Source: a virus (taxonomy: Duplodnaviria > Caudoviricetes). Taken from it: DNA of 64,000 nucleotides. The stretch's first letter is position 1, and every line of letters begins with the position of its first letter. The position numbers were made by a program, and so were the translations under genes. This document shows, piece by piece, positions 28,389-37,496 of the stretch. The notes below the pieces were generated by a model. That model made no database searches and was not told the DNA's origin. It saw nothing but the letters and a program-made list of their open reading frames with translations. Location: the IMG/VR virus record IMGVR_UViG_2565956520_000001. One strand, written 5' to 3'.

Positions 28389-29118
28389 CCACCGTGCGGA
28401 CCAGCACTTCATACATTTTAGCTCCTGTGCATTCAGGAGAGTATTCAAAAATAGTCTGTCCATGACCAAAGCTTTCAGCCAGTCGCACGTTAACGGGGAT
28501 TGGTTCCCGCACTATTTCACCGAAATGATCCTGCAACTGGATCAAAGTCTCTTCCGACTGTTTCACCCTGCCATCCAAAAAAGTAGGGACAATGTGATCA
28601 ATTATTATATCTTCACGATACTTCTGAACCTTTTTGAAGTTCTTAATGAACTCCGCAACTCCATTCAGAGTCATAGGCATGAGAGAAATGGGACACACCA
28701 ATTCATCTACGTAAAAGAACACGTTAATATTCAGAACATCCCAACCTGGCGATGTATCAAAAATCACGTAATCAAAATTCATGGATTCAAGAGGCTCAAG
28801 CAGCTCTGTAAGAGCCATTTCCCGCTTCATGTCTTTGTTAGATATCCATTCCTTAAGAATGGCCAAATCAGCCCCACCCGCTATAACCTGTAAATTTTCC
28901 CGGGCCTGCACCAAACAATCTTCTAACGCGACACCACGAGTCACATCAGTCAAACAGTATTTGGGCTGCAAACCCAAATACGGACTCACCTGCCCTTGGG
29001 TATCCAGATCAATCAGCACCACAGACTTACCGCGCCGCGCCAGCCCATGAGCCAAGTTAACGGCGGTAGTAGTTTTACCTACCCCGCCCTTTGACAAACA
29101 AACGGCTATTTTCCGCAT
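28369..29118 (-). CDS. parA: ParA/Soj family Walker-type ATPase
   Basis: KGGVGKTTTAVNLA, LIDLDTQG, FDTSPG, E....G..IFEY motifs. Confidence 0.95.
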   Translation of the reverse strand: MRKIAVCLSKGGVGKTTTAVNLAHGLARRGKSVVLIDLDTQGQVSPYLGLQPKYCLTDVTRGVALEDCLVQARENLQVIAGGADLAILKEWISNKDMKREMALTELLEPLESMNFDYVIFDTSPGWDVLNINVFFYVDELVCPISLMPMTLNGVAEFIKNFKKVQKYREDIIIDHIVPTFLDGRVKQSEETLIQLQDHFGEIVREPIPVNVRLAESFGHGQTIFEYSPECTGAKMYEVLVRTVDEYARR

Positions 29119-29522
29119 GACTGTCCACCCTGACCACCGTACTGAATACTAATGAATGCTCCTGGCAATTTTACCAGCAAAGCATCCATCAGTTCCTGTG
29201 AAGACATTTCCCGCTGGTTTTCCTCAGCGATCCTTTTTTTCAGCTCAGTAATGGTCAAAGCTCCCGTGGCTTCATCAGATAGAACTCTGAACTTCGGGCC
29301 TTCACCTGTTCGAATCCAATCTGGATCCACGCCGCCGATCTCAAGAGCTTTAACAAACCACTCTGCCGGAATTGAGTTCCGACGCTTGGCATCAGATATT
29401 GACGATTGGCGAATTCCCAAAGCTTCAGCCAGCTTAACCTGAGTCGGTCTTCCTTCTATAAGAAACGCTTCACCAAGCCTCAGCAGTACCGCTTCAAATT
29501 CGATTGTGCCTCTCATAAGCAT
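29106..29522 (-). CDS. Phage CI-type (186-like) HTH repressor-family protein
   Basis: QVKLAEALGIRQSSISDAKRRNSIP..W..GVDPDWI.TG.G; GGAGG RBS at ATG 29522. Confidence 0.82.
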   Translation of the reverse strand: MLMRGTIEFEAVLLRLGEAFLIEGRPTQVKLAEALGIRQSSISDAKRRNSIPAEWFVKALEIGGVDPDWIRTGEGPKFRVLSDEATGALTITELKKRIAEENQREMSSQELMDALLVKLPGAFISIQYGGQGGQSCGK

Positions 29523-29664
29523 GAAAACCTCCGTTTTGTTTTGCTTTATTCCTCGCCGGAATACAGAATCACTTCCATTTTCCGGCCAGAAATAAAACTT
29601 GCCAAATCTGCAAACATAACCACCTGAAATAATGGCTTTATGATTAGAAAACCCAACATTGCCA

Positions 29665-29988
29665 TTAATCACCGTCCAGAATATCTACTATACTGGGGTT
29701 ATCTTTAAGTGTCGGGAGAGCCAGACGCACAGAAGCGCGAATGTATTTTGATTGCTGTCCACCTGAAATTTTAAGGAGGTCATCCTTCATCTTTGCAGAC
29801 ATGGCTACAGATACATTTTCAGTAAGGGGACTTTTGCGTTTGCGGGAGAAGCTGGTGGCAGTGAGAAGGTCCGTAGCGTGCGCTTCTTTGCGATTCTTAA
29901 AAGACAGAACAATCGCAGCAATAACTACAGCAGCCAGCGTACAACAAATGATGGTTAGGGAAACGTCAATTCCACTACCTTGCATCAT
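29665..29988 (-). CDS. Hypothetical protein, N-terminal TM and possible C-terminal RHH
   Basis: Hydrophobic N-terminus; VSVAMS..MKDDL..SKYIR. Confidence 0.45.
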   Translation of the reverse strand: MMQGSGIDVSLTIICCTLAAVVIAAIVLSFKNRKEAHATDLLTATSFSRKRKSPLTENVSVAMSAKMKDDLLKISGGQQSKYIRASVRLALPTLKDNPSIVDILDGD

Positions 29989-30374
29989 GCTACCCTCGCT
30001 TTTGGGCCGGTCTTTTGAGCTTTTGTAGGTAGAGGAACCAGATGTTTTGGAATTTTAAAACCCTCTTCACCTAACTCTACACTGCAAAGTTTCTCGTAAA
30101 CAGATAGCTTTGTGTACTGGCTATTCAAAAACTGGGACAGCTGCTGAGGAGTAATATCTAGCTCTTTAGCTACATCCTTTTTTTTAATTCCATTGGCCAC
30201 AAACCATGCATCCAAAGCACGCTTTCTGCTTTGACTGAGATTATCGTTTAGTGCTAAAGACAAAAGTGCTCCCAAGTTATCGGTTACAGGGTGTTTGTTC
30301 AAAGGCCACCCCGAGTAACTAAATATTAATTTAACTCTAAAGTTGTGATTATCCAACTTACTACTAAAAATCAA
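29985..30374 (-). CDS. Cro-like XRE HTH protein (true start probably ~30302)
   Basis: GIKKKDVAKELDITPQQLSQFL. Confidence 0.7.
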   Translation of the reverse strand: MIFSSKLDNHNFRVKLIFSYSGWPLNKHPVTDNLGALLSLALNDNLSQSRKRALDAWFVANGIKKKDVAKELDITPQQLSQFLNSQYTKLSVYEKLCSVELGEEGFKIPKHLVPLPTKAQKTGPKARVA

Positions 30375-30390
30375 GAAGAAAAGTAGATTT

Positions 30391-30780
30391 ATGAAAGACT
30401 TTATAGGAGATGGCTTCCCAGAACGCCTTCAACAGATCATAGATTCTAAAGAATGGAACAAGGGTGAATTTGCCAAAGTAGGTGATGTTACAGGAAAAAG
30501 TATGTCCACTTATGTTGGTGGTACTGCTTTGCCTAAAGCGAAGACTTTGGCGAACTGGGGTACTTTTGCAGATATAAGTATTGATTGGCTGCTGCTTGGC
30601 CGTGGTGAAATGTACTATTCTAAAAGAGCTAAAGAAGAATTAGATCCTATAATTCGCAGAATCCACGAAACACGGAAAGTTCTTGAAGAGCTAGGGGCAG
30701 ACCCTGAAACCATCCAACAAGCGATTCTGAACATCACTAAAAGCTCAGGTGATGAGCTTCAAGAAAATTTCGCGAGTTAA
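30391..30780 (+). CDS. XRE-family immunity repressor
   Basis: ERLQQI..KGEFAK..STYVGG..P...ISIDWLLLGRGEM; divergent from cro-like gene. Confidence 0.82.
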   Translation: MKDFIGDGFPERLQQIIDSKEWNKGEFAKVGDVTGKSMSTYVGGTALPKAKTLANWGTFADISIDWLLLGRGEMYYSKRAKEELDPIIRRIHETRKVLEELGADPETIQQAILNITKSSGDELQENFAS

Positions 30781-30793
30781 AGAAAAAAGAATA

Positions 30794-30840
30794 CCCCTTC
30801 TGGTTCAAAGGATTGTTTGGACCGGAGGGGGAAATTTTTT
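30794..30840 (+). terminator. Long hairpin after repressor
   Basis: CCCCTTCTGGTTCAAA / TTTGGACCGGAGGGG followed by T run. Confidence 0.55.
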
Positions 30841-30962
30841 AGGATTTGATATAGGTAGTTGGATTGAAATATGGAATAAGCATTGACAATTATAAGTATA
30901 ATGACTCTAACAAAATTGAAATTGAAAACAATTATTTTTACATTCTAACATACACAAATACT

Positions 30963-32552
30963 ATGAAATCAATACAAGTTGAAAATCTAAAAAGTCTTGT
31001 CAAAACACCTAAAATTGAAATTAAACCTATTACTATTCTTGTTGGCAAAAATAGCAGTGGGAAAAGCACCTTTTTAAGAACCTTCCCACTTTTTAAACAG
31101 AGCGTAGAGGAAAACATAAAAGCTCCAATACTTTTTTGTGGAAACTATGTAGATTTTGGTGAATTTGGTGAAATCAGAAATAAGAGCACTAAAAATGATT
31201 CTATAACATTCACTATTGAATCAGAAATTGATCAAAAATCGCTACTAAATAATGCTTATAGATATAGTTTTAACTTAAGCAAATTTATGGATCAAAATAG
31301 TAATGAAATTCTTCCTATAAAATTCATATCAAAAATAAAAAACAAAGTAAAAAATGTCCGTAATACTTATTTAGAATCTTTTAAAATATCTATAGCAGAC
31401 CAGAATTTAGACTTTAAATTTGACGAAGACTCGAAGTTGATTGATCTCAATATTAATGATGAAAGCTTTAAAGATTTTTTAGCTGACATATATAGTACAA
31501 ATTCTGGATTAGTACCGAATCTCATAACTAAAATATCCTTAGATAAAAATTACATATACAGCCATAGCTGGGTCTTTCCGCAATTCCAGGAACAATCTCG
31601 TTACGAACGCTTGGTGAAAATAATTAAGAAACACGTCTATAATACAACTAGTGATGAAAATATTGCCGACATTGTGCGCTCCATATCAATCGGATCCAAA
31701 TCTTTCACCTTATCAAGCTGTAAAAACGATTTTCTAAAAACTAAAACTTGGATTAAAAAAGCTAAAACGTGGACTACCGATTCCAAAGAATTTCAAAGCG
31801 TTAACAATGCTTTATTGTTTGAAAATTTTATGAGTATGGTAAATTTTATTGGTAACCATTTTAAATTATACTCTCAAAGAATTAACTATATAAGTCCTTT
31901 TAGAGCTTCTCCAGAAAGGTACTATCGCCATCAAGAATTAGCTGTCCATAACATAGATCCGCAAGGTAAAAATACAGCAATATTCCTTGACAATCTAACC
32001 AACAGGCAAAAAAAGAATTTAGAAGAATGGACCGACAACAATTTTGATATAAAACTTAAAACAACATACAAATCAGGTCATCTTTCTATTGAACTTAAAG
32101 AGAATAAATCTGATTTTTACATAAATATTGCTGACATAGGATTTGGTTATTCTCAACTTCTGCCTATTATTATCCAACTTTGGTTCAAAACTACTAAAGA
32201 TCATAAAGACATAATCTTTGAAACTGGATACGAAACATTCGCTATTGAGCAGCCAGAGTTGCACCTACACCCTAAAATGATAGGTCATTTTACGGATTTA
32301 CTAGTAAAACTGATATCTTCAAATCATTTAAAAGAAACAAATATAAAACTAATTATCGAAACTCATAGCAAGTCACTTATTAATAGAATTGGTCAACACA
32401 TAGCTAAAAAAAACATTACTCCTGACTCAGTAAACGTAGTTATATTCGACAATAAAAACGGCTACGAATCAAACATAGACATTGCCAAATTCAATGATAA
32501 AGGAATGTTAAATAACTGGCCTGCTAATTTCTTTCTTCCGGAGCGATTTTAA
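30963..32552 (+). CDS. ABC-type (AAA_15/AAA_21) ATPase with DUF3696-like C-terminus
   Basis: GKNSSGKS Walker A, IGFGYSQLLP signature, IEQPELHLHP Walker B/D-loop, IIETHS H-loop, terminal NWPANFF. Confidence 0.88.
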   Translation: MKSIQVENLKSLVKTPKIEIKPITILVGKNSSGKSTFLRTFPLFKQSVEENIKAPILFCGNYVDFGEFGEIRNKSTKNDSITFTIESEIDQKSLLNNAYRYSFNLSKFMDQNSNEILPIKFISKIKNKVKNVRNTYLESFKISIADQNLDFKFDEDSKLIDLNINDESFKDFLADIYSTNSGLVPNLITKISLDKNYIYSHSWVFPQFQEQSRYERLVKIIKKHVYNTTSDENIADIVRSISIGSKSFTLSSCKNDFLKTKTWIKKAKTWTTDSKEFQSVNNALLFENFMSMVNFIGNHFKLYSQRINYISPFRASPERYYRHQELAVHNIDPQGKNTAIFLDNLTNRQKKNLEEWTDNNFDIKLKTTYKSGHLSIELKENKSDFYINIADIGFGYSQLLPIIIQLWFKTTKDHKDIIFETGYETFAIEQPELHLHPKMIGHFTDLLVKLISSNHLKETNIKLIIETHSKSLINRIGQHIAKKNITPDSVNVVIFDNKNGYESNIDIAKFNDKGMLNNWPANFFLPERF

Positions 32553-32553
32553 A

Positions 32554-33693
32554 ATGATTTTTGAAATTGACTCCAGCATATCTGATTTTCTTAAAAATGA
32601 GACCGGAAATCGTGATTTAACCATGAAATGTTTAAAGAAGGTCGAGGCTCTTCTATTAAATGCTAGCGATGGAAAAAATGTTATCTTTTTTGAAGATATT
32701 GAAATTATAGAATCATTAATTGACTGCGGAAAATTTTCAGAACCGACGGGTTATTTCCTTGAATACCTAAGAGAAAACTTTGCATCTACAGGATCATTTA
32801 TAGAATTAACAAGTAGACACATCAAAATTGTTTTAGAATGTGAACCCGAAATCATTATTAACGACAAAAATCATACTGTAGTAACATTACCTATTTTTAA
32901 ACTCGATCAATCTTTTTTTGGTAAAAGCGTGCTGCTAACAGAAAATCTGGTAGACGGTAAATTTTATAAGAGAATGACACAGTGTTATTGCAAAAATTAC
33001 GGACAAAATATAGATTTTGATTTTGAACTAAAACATGGCGGTGGCAACAGCACAGGGACAGTATTTAAAGAAACTTTTAACAATCAAGATAAAAATTGCT
33101 TATGCATTGTTGATTCTGATAAATCTCACCCCGAATGTAACTTTAAAGAAACGGCTAAATCAGTTTTAGACGAGCATAACAATTCAGATTTAGCTAAATT
33201 TATATCCGACTTCTACATCTTAGAAGTAAAAGAGGCTGAAAATTTGATCCCAACGGAAGTCATCGAAAAAGTAATCGATCCTCAACAAACTGATAATTTT
33301 AATACTTATAAAAGTTTAAGTAACGAGGGCGCACAATTTTTTGACTGCAAAAAAGGAATTAATCGACGGTCTTTTTCAAAAAATAGAGATCAACTTCATC
33401 TCGAGTTTTGGAGAAAAGAGCTTGAAGGAATTGATCCAAATGCAAATGACTTTTTATCCCAAATTGCCAATAAACCTGCGGGTTGCATGACAAACTGTAC
33501 AGGTTGCCTTAATAGAAATTGCAAGCAACCTTACTGCGGAGGAATTGGAAGCAAAATCTTAGATAACTCTATTGATATAATCAATAATGACGAACAATAC
33601 TCATTACGCGAGAATATTCAAAAAGAATGGGAAACCATTGCTAAGAAAATAATTACTTGGTCAATTGTTCAACCAGAATATCGATTTTCATAA
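32554..33693 (+). CDS. OLD-like TOPRIM nuclease candidate
   Basis: LLTENLVD, HGGG, CIVDSDK (DxD), EAENLIP motifs in TOPRIM order; 1 bp after the ATPase stop. Confidence 0.68.
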   Translation: MIFEIDSSISDFLKNETGNRDLTMKCLKKVEALLLNASDGKNVIFFEDIEIIESLIDCGKFSEPTGYFLEYLRENFASTGSFIELTSRHIKIVLECEPEIIINDKNHTVVTLPIFKLDQSFFGKSVLLTENLVDGKFYKRMTQCYCKNYGQNIDFDFELKHGGGNSTGTVFKETFNNQDKNCLCIVDSDKSHPECNFKETAKSVLDEHNNSDLAKFISDFYILEVKEAENLIPTEVIEKVIDPQQTDNFNTYKSLSNEGAQFFDCKKGINRRSFSKNRDQLHLEFWRKELEGIDPNANDFLSQIANKPAGCMTNCTGCLNRNCKQPYCGGIGSKILDNSIDIINNDEQYSLRENIQKEWETIAKKIITWSIVQPEYRFS

Positions 33694-33729
33694 ATTTTTA
33701 AGAAATAATACGAGAAATACTATCCATAT

Positions 33730-34425
33730 CTAGCGATTAAATTCAAACGGATCAGGAACATTCTCATAGAACACCTGTTCCAGCTCATGCAGATCAACTT
33801 TGAAATATTCTCTTTTGCGGTTAATTCTGCAAGCATCTAGTTTGACATGAAGTAACTGTTCGGTCTGGAATGGCTCCATGCACTTAAAATAAAACTCAAC
33901 CTTAAAAGGCATAGGGACTCCTGTCCCACTCCCGTCACGGCCTTTGTACAGATCTTCTGCTCTTCTATGTGGACAATGCTTTGTATATCCAACTTTATAC
34001 AATCCCGGCATTGCGGGATTAGAAAGGCAATACACACAGCCCTCATATTCAATTTCACGCCACGCGCTAGGGGTAAAAACTTGCCGTGCAGTTGGAGTAA
34101 AAACGACATTTTTATTTGTAAGCAGTTTTGGTTTTACAATGTCATCCTCTACAGCCTTTCTCTCCTGAATATTCACATCAGGCATACTTCGGTTGACTGA
34201 AACAGGAAAAAACCTTGATTCAAGATGGTTATAGCTTTTAAAGTATCCCCACAAAACCAAGATAACCCCAACAATTTCGGCAATGGATTCAAACCCCTGA
34301 CCTAGCAATGGAGTAATTATCAAGTCTGATATATTTACCCCGAATATCAAACCACAATATATTGCAAAGACAAAACCACATACTCCAAAAATCCAGTCCC
34401 ATAATAACTTAAAAAAATAGCGCAT
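33730..34425 (-). CDS. Membrane-anchored T5orf172/MUG113 (GIY-YIG superfamily) protein
   Basis: Two N-terminal TMs; GCVYCLSN..PGLYKVGYT..R..L..GVP.PF..EQLLH..L...R....REYF. Confidence 0.82.
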   Translation of the reverse strand: MRYFFKLLWDWIFGVCGFVFAIYCGLIFGVNISDLIITPLLGQGFESIAEIVGVILVLWGYFKSYNHLESRFFPVSVNRSMPDVNIQERKAVEDDIVKPKLLTNKNVVFTPTARQVFTPSAWREIEYEGCVYCLSNPAMPGLYKVGYTKHCPHRRAEDLYKGRDGSGTGVPMPFKVEFYFKCMEPFQTEQLLHVKLDACRINRKREYFKVDLHELEQVFYENVPDPFEFNR

Positions 34426-34517
34426 TATAGCAGTCCTTTACACCGAGAATACTCACAAGATTGTATGCCAACAAGAACCTATTTTTAAACAATATTCACC
34501 ATAATCAGCAAGACAAC

Positions 34518-34552
34518 AAAAAAAGCCGGAACGCACGACGGCAGTTCCGGCT
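34518..34552 (-). terminator. Intrinsic terminator downstream of the Hailong-like operon
   Basis: AGCCGGAAC/GTTCCGGCT 9-bp stem with U tract on minus strand. Confidence 0.6.
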
Positions 34553-34695
34553 ATATCTTTATTAAGATATATTTCAATACCATCAACACATAAAGCGGCA
34601 ATAGTTAAAGACTCTACATCATACACTCAAAAAGACTTTCCGACTCACATGAAACACACTGAATATTCATTTCATAATACTTGAGTGATTTACAA

Positions 34696-34998
34696 TTAAT
34701 TTTCTGAACAAAAGTAGTCTTCTAATCCTTCAATCTGCCTATTCACTGCATTTTCAAGTTCAACATACTCACCAGTTATCTGCTGCTGACTTTGGTTCGC
34801 CAAAAAAAGAAGACTGCTAGATAATCCTTGAATCAACAAGACCAATTTGTCGTTTTGATCCAATTTATTCTTTAGCACCCACCTAGAAATTGAATTCTGC
34901 GACAAACCAAAAAGAGGTTCGCTGCTATCTAAAAAACGATCATTAATGATCGTTAAAACACACCGTTGTTTATTAAGACGACTTTTAAAATCACCCAT
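34696..34998 (-). CDS. 100-aa helical protein, third gene of the Hailong-like operon
   Basis: 8-bp overlap with NTase stop; GGAGG RBS. Confidence 0.7.
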   Translation of the reverse strand: MGDFKSRLNKQRCVLTIINDRFLDSSEPLFGLSQNSISRWVLKNKLDQNDKLVLLIQGLSSSLLFLANQSQQQITGEYVELENAVNRQIEGLEDYFCSEN

Positions 34999-35620
34999 AA
35001 AAACTATCTACCTCCTTTATCAATCTTCTCATCCAATCATCAACGATAGGTAAAGAATCAATCGTTTCACAAATCAATTCTCTAGATGGAACACTTCCTA
35101 CCCCACGAACACTAAGAATCCGTGCAGACTGTAAGCATTCATATGCGTTCTTGGAAATGATCAAACTTTTTTCAGCCAACTCCAAAGCCGAATTTCTCGA
35201 AAAAGTTGGTTTAGTACCTAAGGCCAACGAATAGCAAGTTGCTAGATTCCTTACTGCCAAAAAAAGCGTTGAAAGCTCAAACACCTGACTATTAGTTATT
35301 TTTACAGTAGCCCTAGCAACTTCGAAAATATTGTAGAATTTCCTACAATCACTTATCGAAGAAGTATATTTATTCGGCATGCCCAAAGACTCAATGTAAT
35401 CTATACCATCTTCTGAATACAACAGCCTAGATTCATAATAAAGATGCCATGCAAAAGGATTTCCTTGCTTCCAAAGTAATTTAATTTTTTCCGGTGAATA
35501 GATAGAAAATGTTAGCGGATCAATGCGAGACAAATTAGTGTCTACAATGGCCAACAAATCAATATCAGAACTTAAATCAATTTCACCTCGACAGACTGAC
35601 CCAAAAGCATAAATGTGCAT
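34991..35620 (-). CDS. halB: Nucleotidyltransferase, Hailong HalB-like
   Basis: FGS..RG....SDIDLL Pol-beta motif; helical C-domain; penultimate Tyr (SFYG*); paired with pentapeptide/TM gene. Confidence 0.78.
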   Translation of the reverse strand: MHIYAFGSVCRGEIDLSSDIDLLAIVDTNLSRIDPLTFSIYSPEKIKLLWKQGNPFAWHLYYESRLLYSEDGIDYIESLGMPNKYTSSISDCRKFYNIFEVARATVKITNSQVFELSTLFLAVRNLATCYSLALGTKPTFSRNSALELAEKSLIISKNAYECLQSARILSVRGVGSVPSRELICETIDSLPIVDDWMRRLIKEVDSFYG

Positions 35621-35621
35621 T

Positions 35622-36437
35622 TTATCTTTTATTAAACCTTTTAAGAATTATTGACATAAAAAATCCAAACATAACTAGTCGAACGAATTTTATCACTGTT
35701 AAGGATACAGAACTATAGCTTTTAGGGGAGAATGTGCCTAAAAATATTTGTGGAGCCACCTCCACCGACTCCCATAATTCAGAAACGAGTTTTGATTCGG
35801 TATGATATATAAAATTAAAAAAAGCGATGCTCACGAACACCAGCCCCACAGCTCTACACAATTTATATGTACTTTCACCATTTCCCCAAATAAAATCTAA
35901 GCTAATAAAATTAACATAGCTCATAAAAGATTTTAGACGAGCAAAGCCTTTATATTTTCTCCTATAGTAAGACTCTTTAGAAAGACATGACTTACGTAGA
36001 TGAACCTTAGTAGATTCTAGTTCTATCTTTATTGCCTTATTAACTGACTGGACTTCGCCCAGAGATTGATAATTTTTACGTAAAGTTCGTGCAAATGAAC
36101 TTTTTAAATTATCATATGCAGGACAACATACATCAAGAATTTCACTAGTGATAATTGTTTTATCAAAGTAAGAATAATCAAAAGAGCATCCTTCAAACGT
36201 GCTACCATTAAAATTTGAATTAATAAAACGACATCCAGTAAAATTACATGAATCAAAATTGCAATTTCTTAGATACGAAGAATCAAATATACAGTATTTG
36301 AAATCAACTTCTTTAAAAGTTTTCCCCTTTACAACTAGCCGCAAAAATAATTTATTAGCTAAATCTATATTTGCAAGATCCTCATTTATTTTTTTATCTG
36401 TTTCAATAATCCTATCGCTATCGGTTAGAATATCCAT
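35622..36437 (-). CDS. halA: Pentapeptide-repeat plus 2TM/pore effector, Hailong HalA-like
   Basis: VDFKYCIFDSSYLRNCNFDSCNFTGCRF pentapeptides; WGNGE then TM-pore helix-TM. Confidence 0.78.
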   Translation of the reverse strand: MDILTDSDRIIETDKKINEDLANIDLANKLFLRLVVKGKTFKEVDFKYCIFDSSYLRNCNFDSCNFTGCRFINSNFNGSTFEGCSFDYSYFDKTIITSEILDVCCPAYDNLKSSFARTLRKNYQSLGEVQSVNKAIKIELESTKVHLRKSCLSKESYYRRKYKGFARLKSFMSYVNFISLDFIWGNGESTYKLCRAVGLVFVSIAFFNFIYHTESKLVSELWESVEVAPQIFLGTFSPKSYSSVSLTVIKFVRLVMFGFFMSIILKRFNKR

Positions 36438-36516
36438 AATCTATTTAAGCCTTGATTTAGATGTTAAAATCAACCTTTCTTTTAAGAAGAACTAACCTGT
36501 TATAATAAAATCAACT

Positions 36517-37242
36517 CTATAATTTATCAACATTAAGAATAGAATATAAATCAATTTCTTTTGGATCTAAACCTGCGAGATGCAAAGCAATCTGAGCCTT
36601 AACAACAGCAGAAATATCCTTATTTTCAATACTCTCAACTAAACATTGAGATTTCAACATTTGATTATCAGACCTCAACCTATCGTAAAGAGCAGTTGCT
36701 CTTTCTCTAGTTTGCTCAGACTGTTTAAAGAATAACAGCGCAACACCATCAATTACAACTCCAGGCATAATTTGCATATAGCTACTAAAAACATCTGGTG
36801 AAATTAATGCTGCTTTATAGATTATCAAAACAAAACCAACAGTAGCAGCTACTACACTAAACCAAAATTGAACTTTAGCTTGAGCAAGAGCCTGATGATG
36901 ATAACCTTTAACAAGATCTTGAATAACCCTTCCGTCATAATTGAGCGTTTCATTAACTCCTCGCCCCAACTCGCTGGATCTATTCAAACCAGCCCTTCCC
37001 CCAGCAGCCATACCGCAACCGGCCACTTCCCCACTACTAAAGTCATCAGTTTTTTTTACCTTTAAAACTTGGGATTTTGCCTTCTCAGCAATGCTTTCTA
37101 TCTCGTCTTCTTTCTCTTTTTGTTGCTTTCGATAAAATGAAGAGAGTAGAGAAGTTACTAGTCCTAAGACAGCAGATATCAATCCAGCCATAATTGTTAC
37201 AACAGATTCAGATGCTAGCGAAGCGACTATATCCAAGCTCAT
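36517..37242 (-). CDS. Membrane protein with TRADD-N-associated-like 2TM domain
   Basis: YHHQALAQAKVQFWFSVVAATVGF..VALLFFKQS...RERAT.LYDRL; extra N-terminal TM. Confidence 0.65.
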   Translation of the reverse strand: MSLDIVASLASESVVTIMAGLISAVLGLVTSLLSSFYRKQQKEKEDEIESIAEKAKSQVLKVKKTDDFSSGEVAGCGMAAGGRAGLNRSSELGRGVNETLNYDGRVIQDLVKGYHHQALAQAKVQFWFSVVAATVGFVLIIYKAALISPDVFSSYMQIMPGVVIDGVALLFFKQSEQTRERATALYDRLRSDNQMLKSQCLVESIENKDISAVVKAQIALHLAGLDPKEIDLYSILNVDKL

Positions 37243-37313
37243 AATTTAATATCCTGCTTAACTTTGTTTAACTTTATTATTCATATAAAAATATTACATA
37301 CAAAGTCAAATAA

Positions 37314-37369
37314 TCACTTCCCGATCACCCGTCTCACAACCAAATTCCGCTTCTCCAAAAGCCCATCAA
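37314..37369 (-). pseudogene. Relic copy of the last 17 codons of the giant gene
   Basis: Reads DGLLEKRNLVVRRVIGK*, versus DGLLEKRNLVVRRVMK* at 37908-37960. Confidence 0.85.
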
Positions 37370-37371
37370 GC

Positions 37372-37415
37372 AAAAAAAGGCCGAAACCACCCAAGAAAGG
37401 ATAGTTCCGGCCTTT
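37372..37415 (-). terminator. Intrinsic terminator after the 120-codon membrane ORF
   Basis: AAAGGCCGAAAC/GTTCCGGCCTTT stem with U tract on minus strand. Confidence 0.6.
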
Positions 37416-37496
37416 TAAATTTCTTTTACTAAACTCAATCAAGCACAAAAATGAAGTTCTTCACACGTCCGCAAATATAATTACACTAGGATATTG

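Noticed and set aside
30340-30359. AAGTTG-N8-CAACTT inverted repeat as right-prophage operator
   Set aside because: Only 6-bp arms and no second copy found
30963-33693. Retron, Septu or Gabija assignment
   Set aside because: No reverse transcriptase, HNH or UvrD partner; TOPRIM is a separate gene
34991-35620. CBASS cyclase or MNT-HEPN/AbiE antitoxin reading of the NTase
   Set aside because: Too short for a CD-NTase, no HEPN or Cap partner; pentapeptide-TM neighbour and terminal Tyr fit Hailong better
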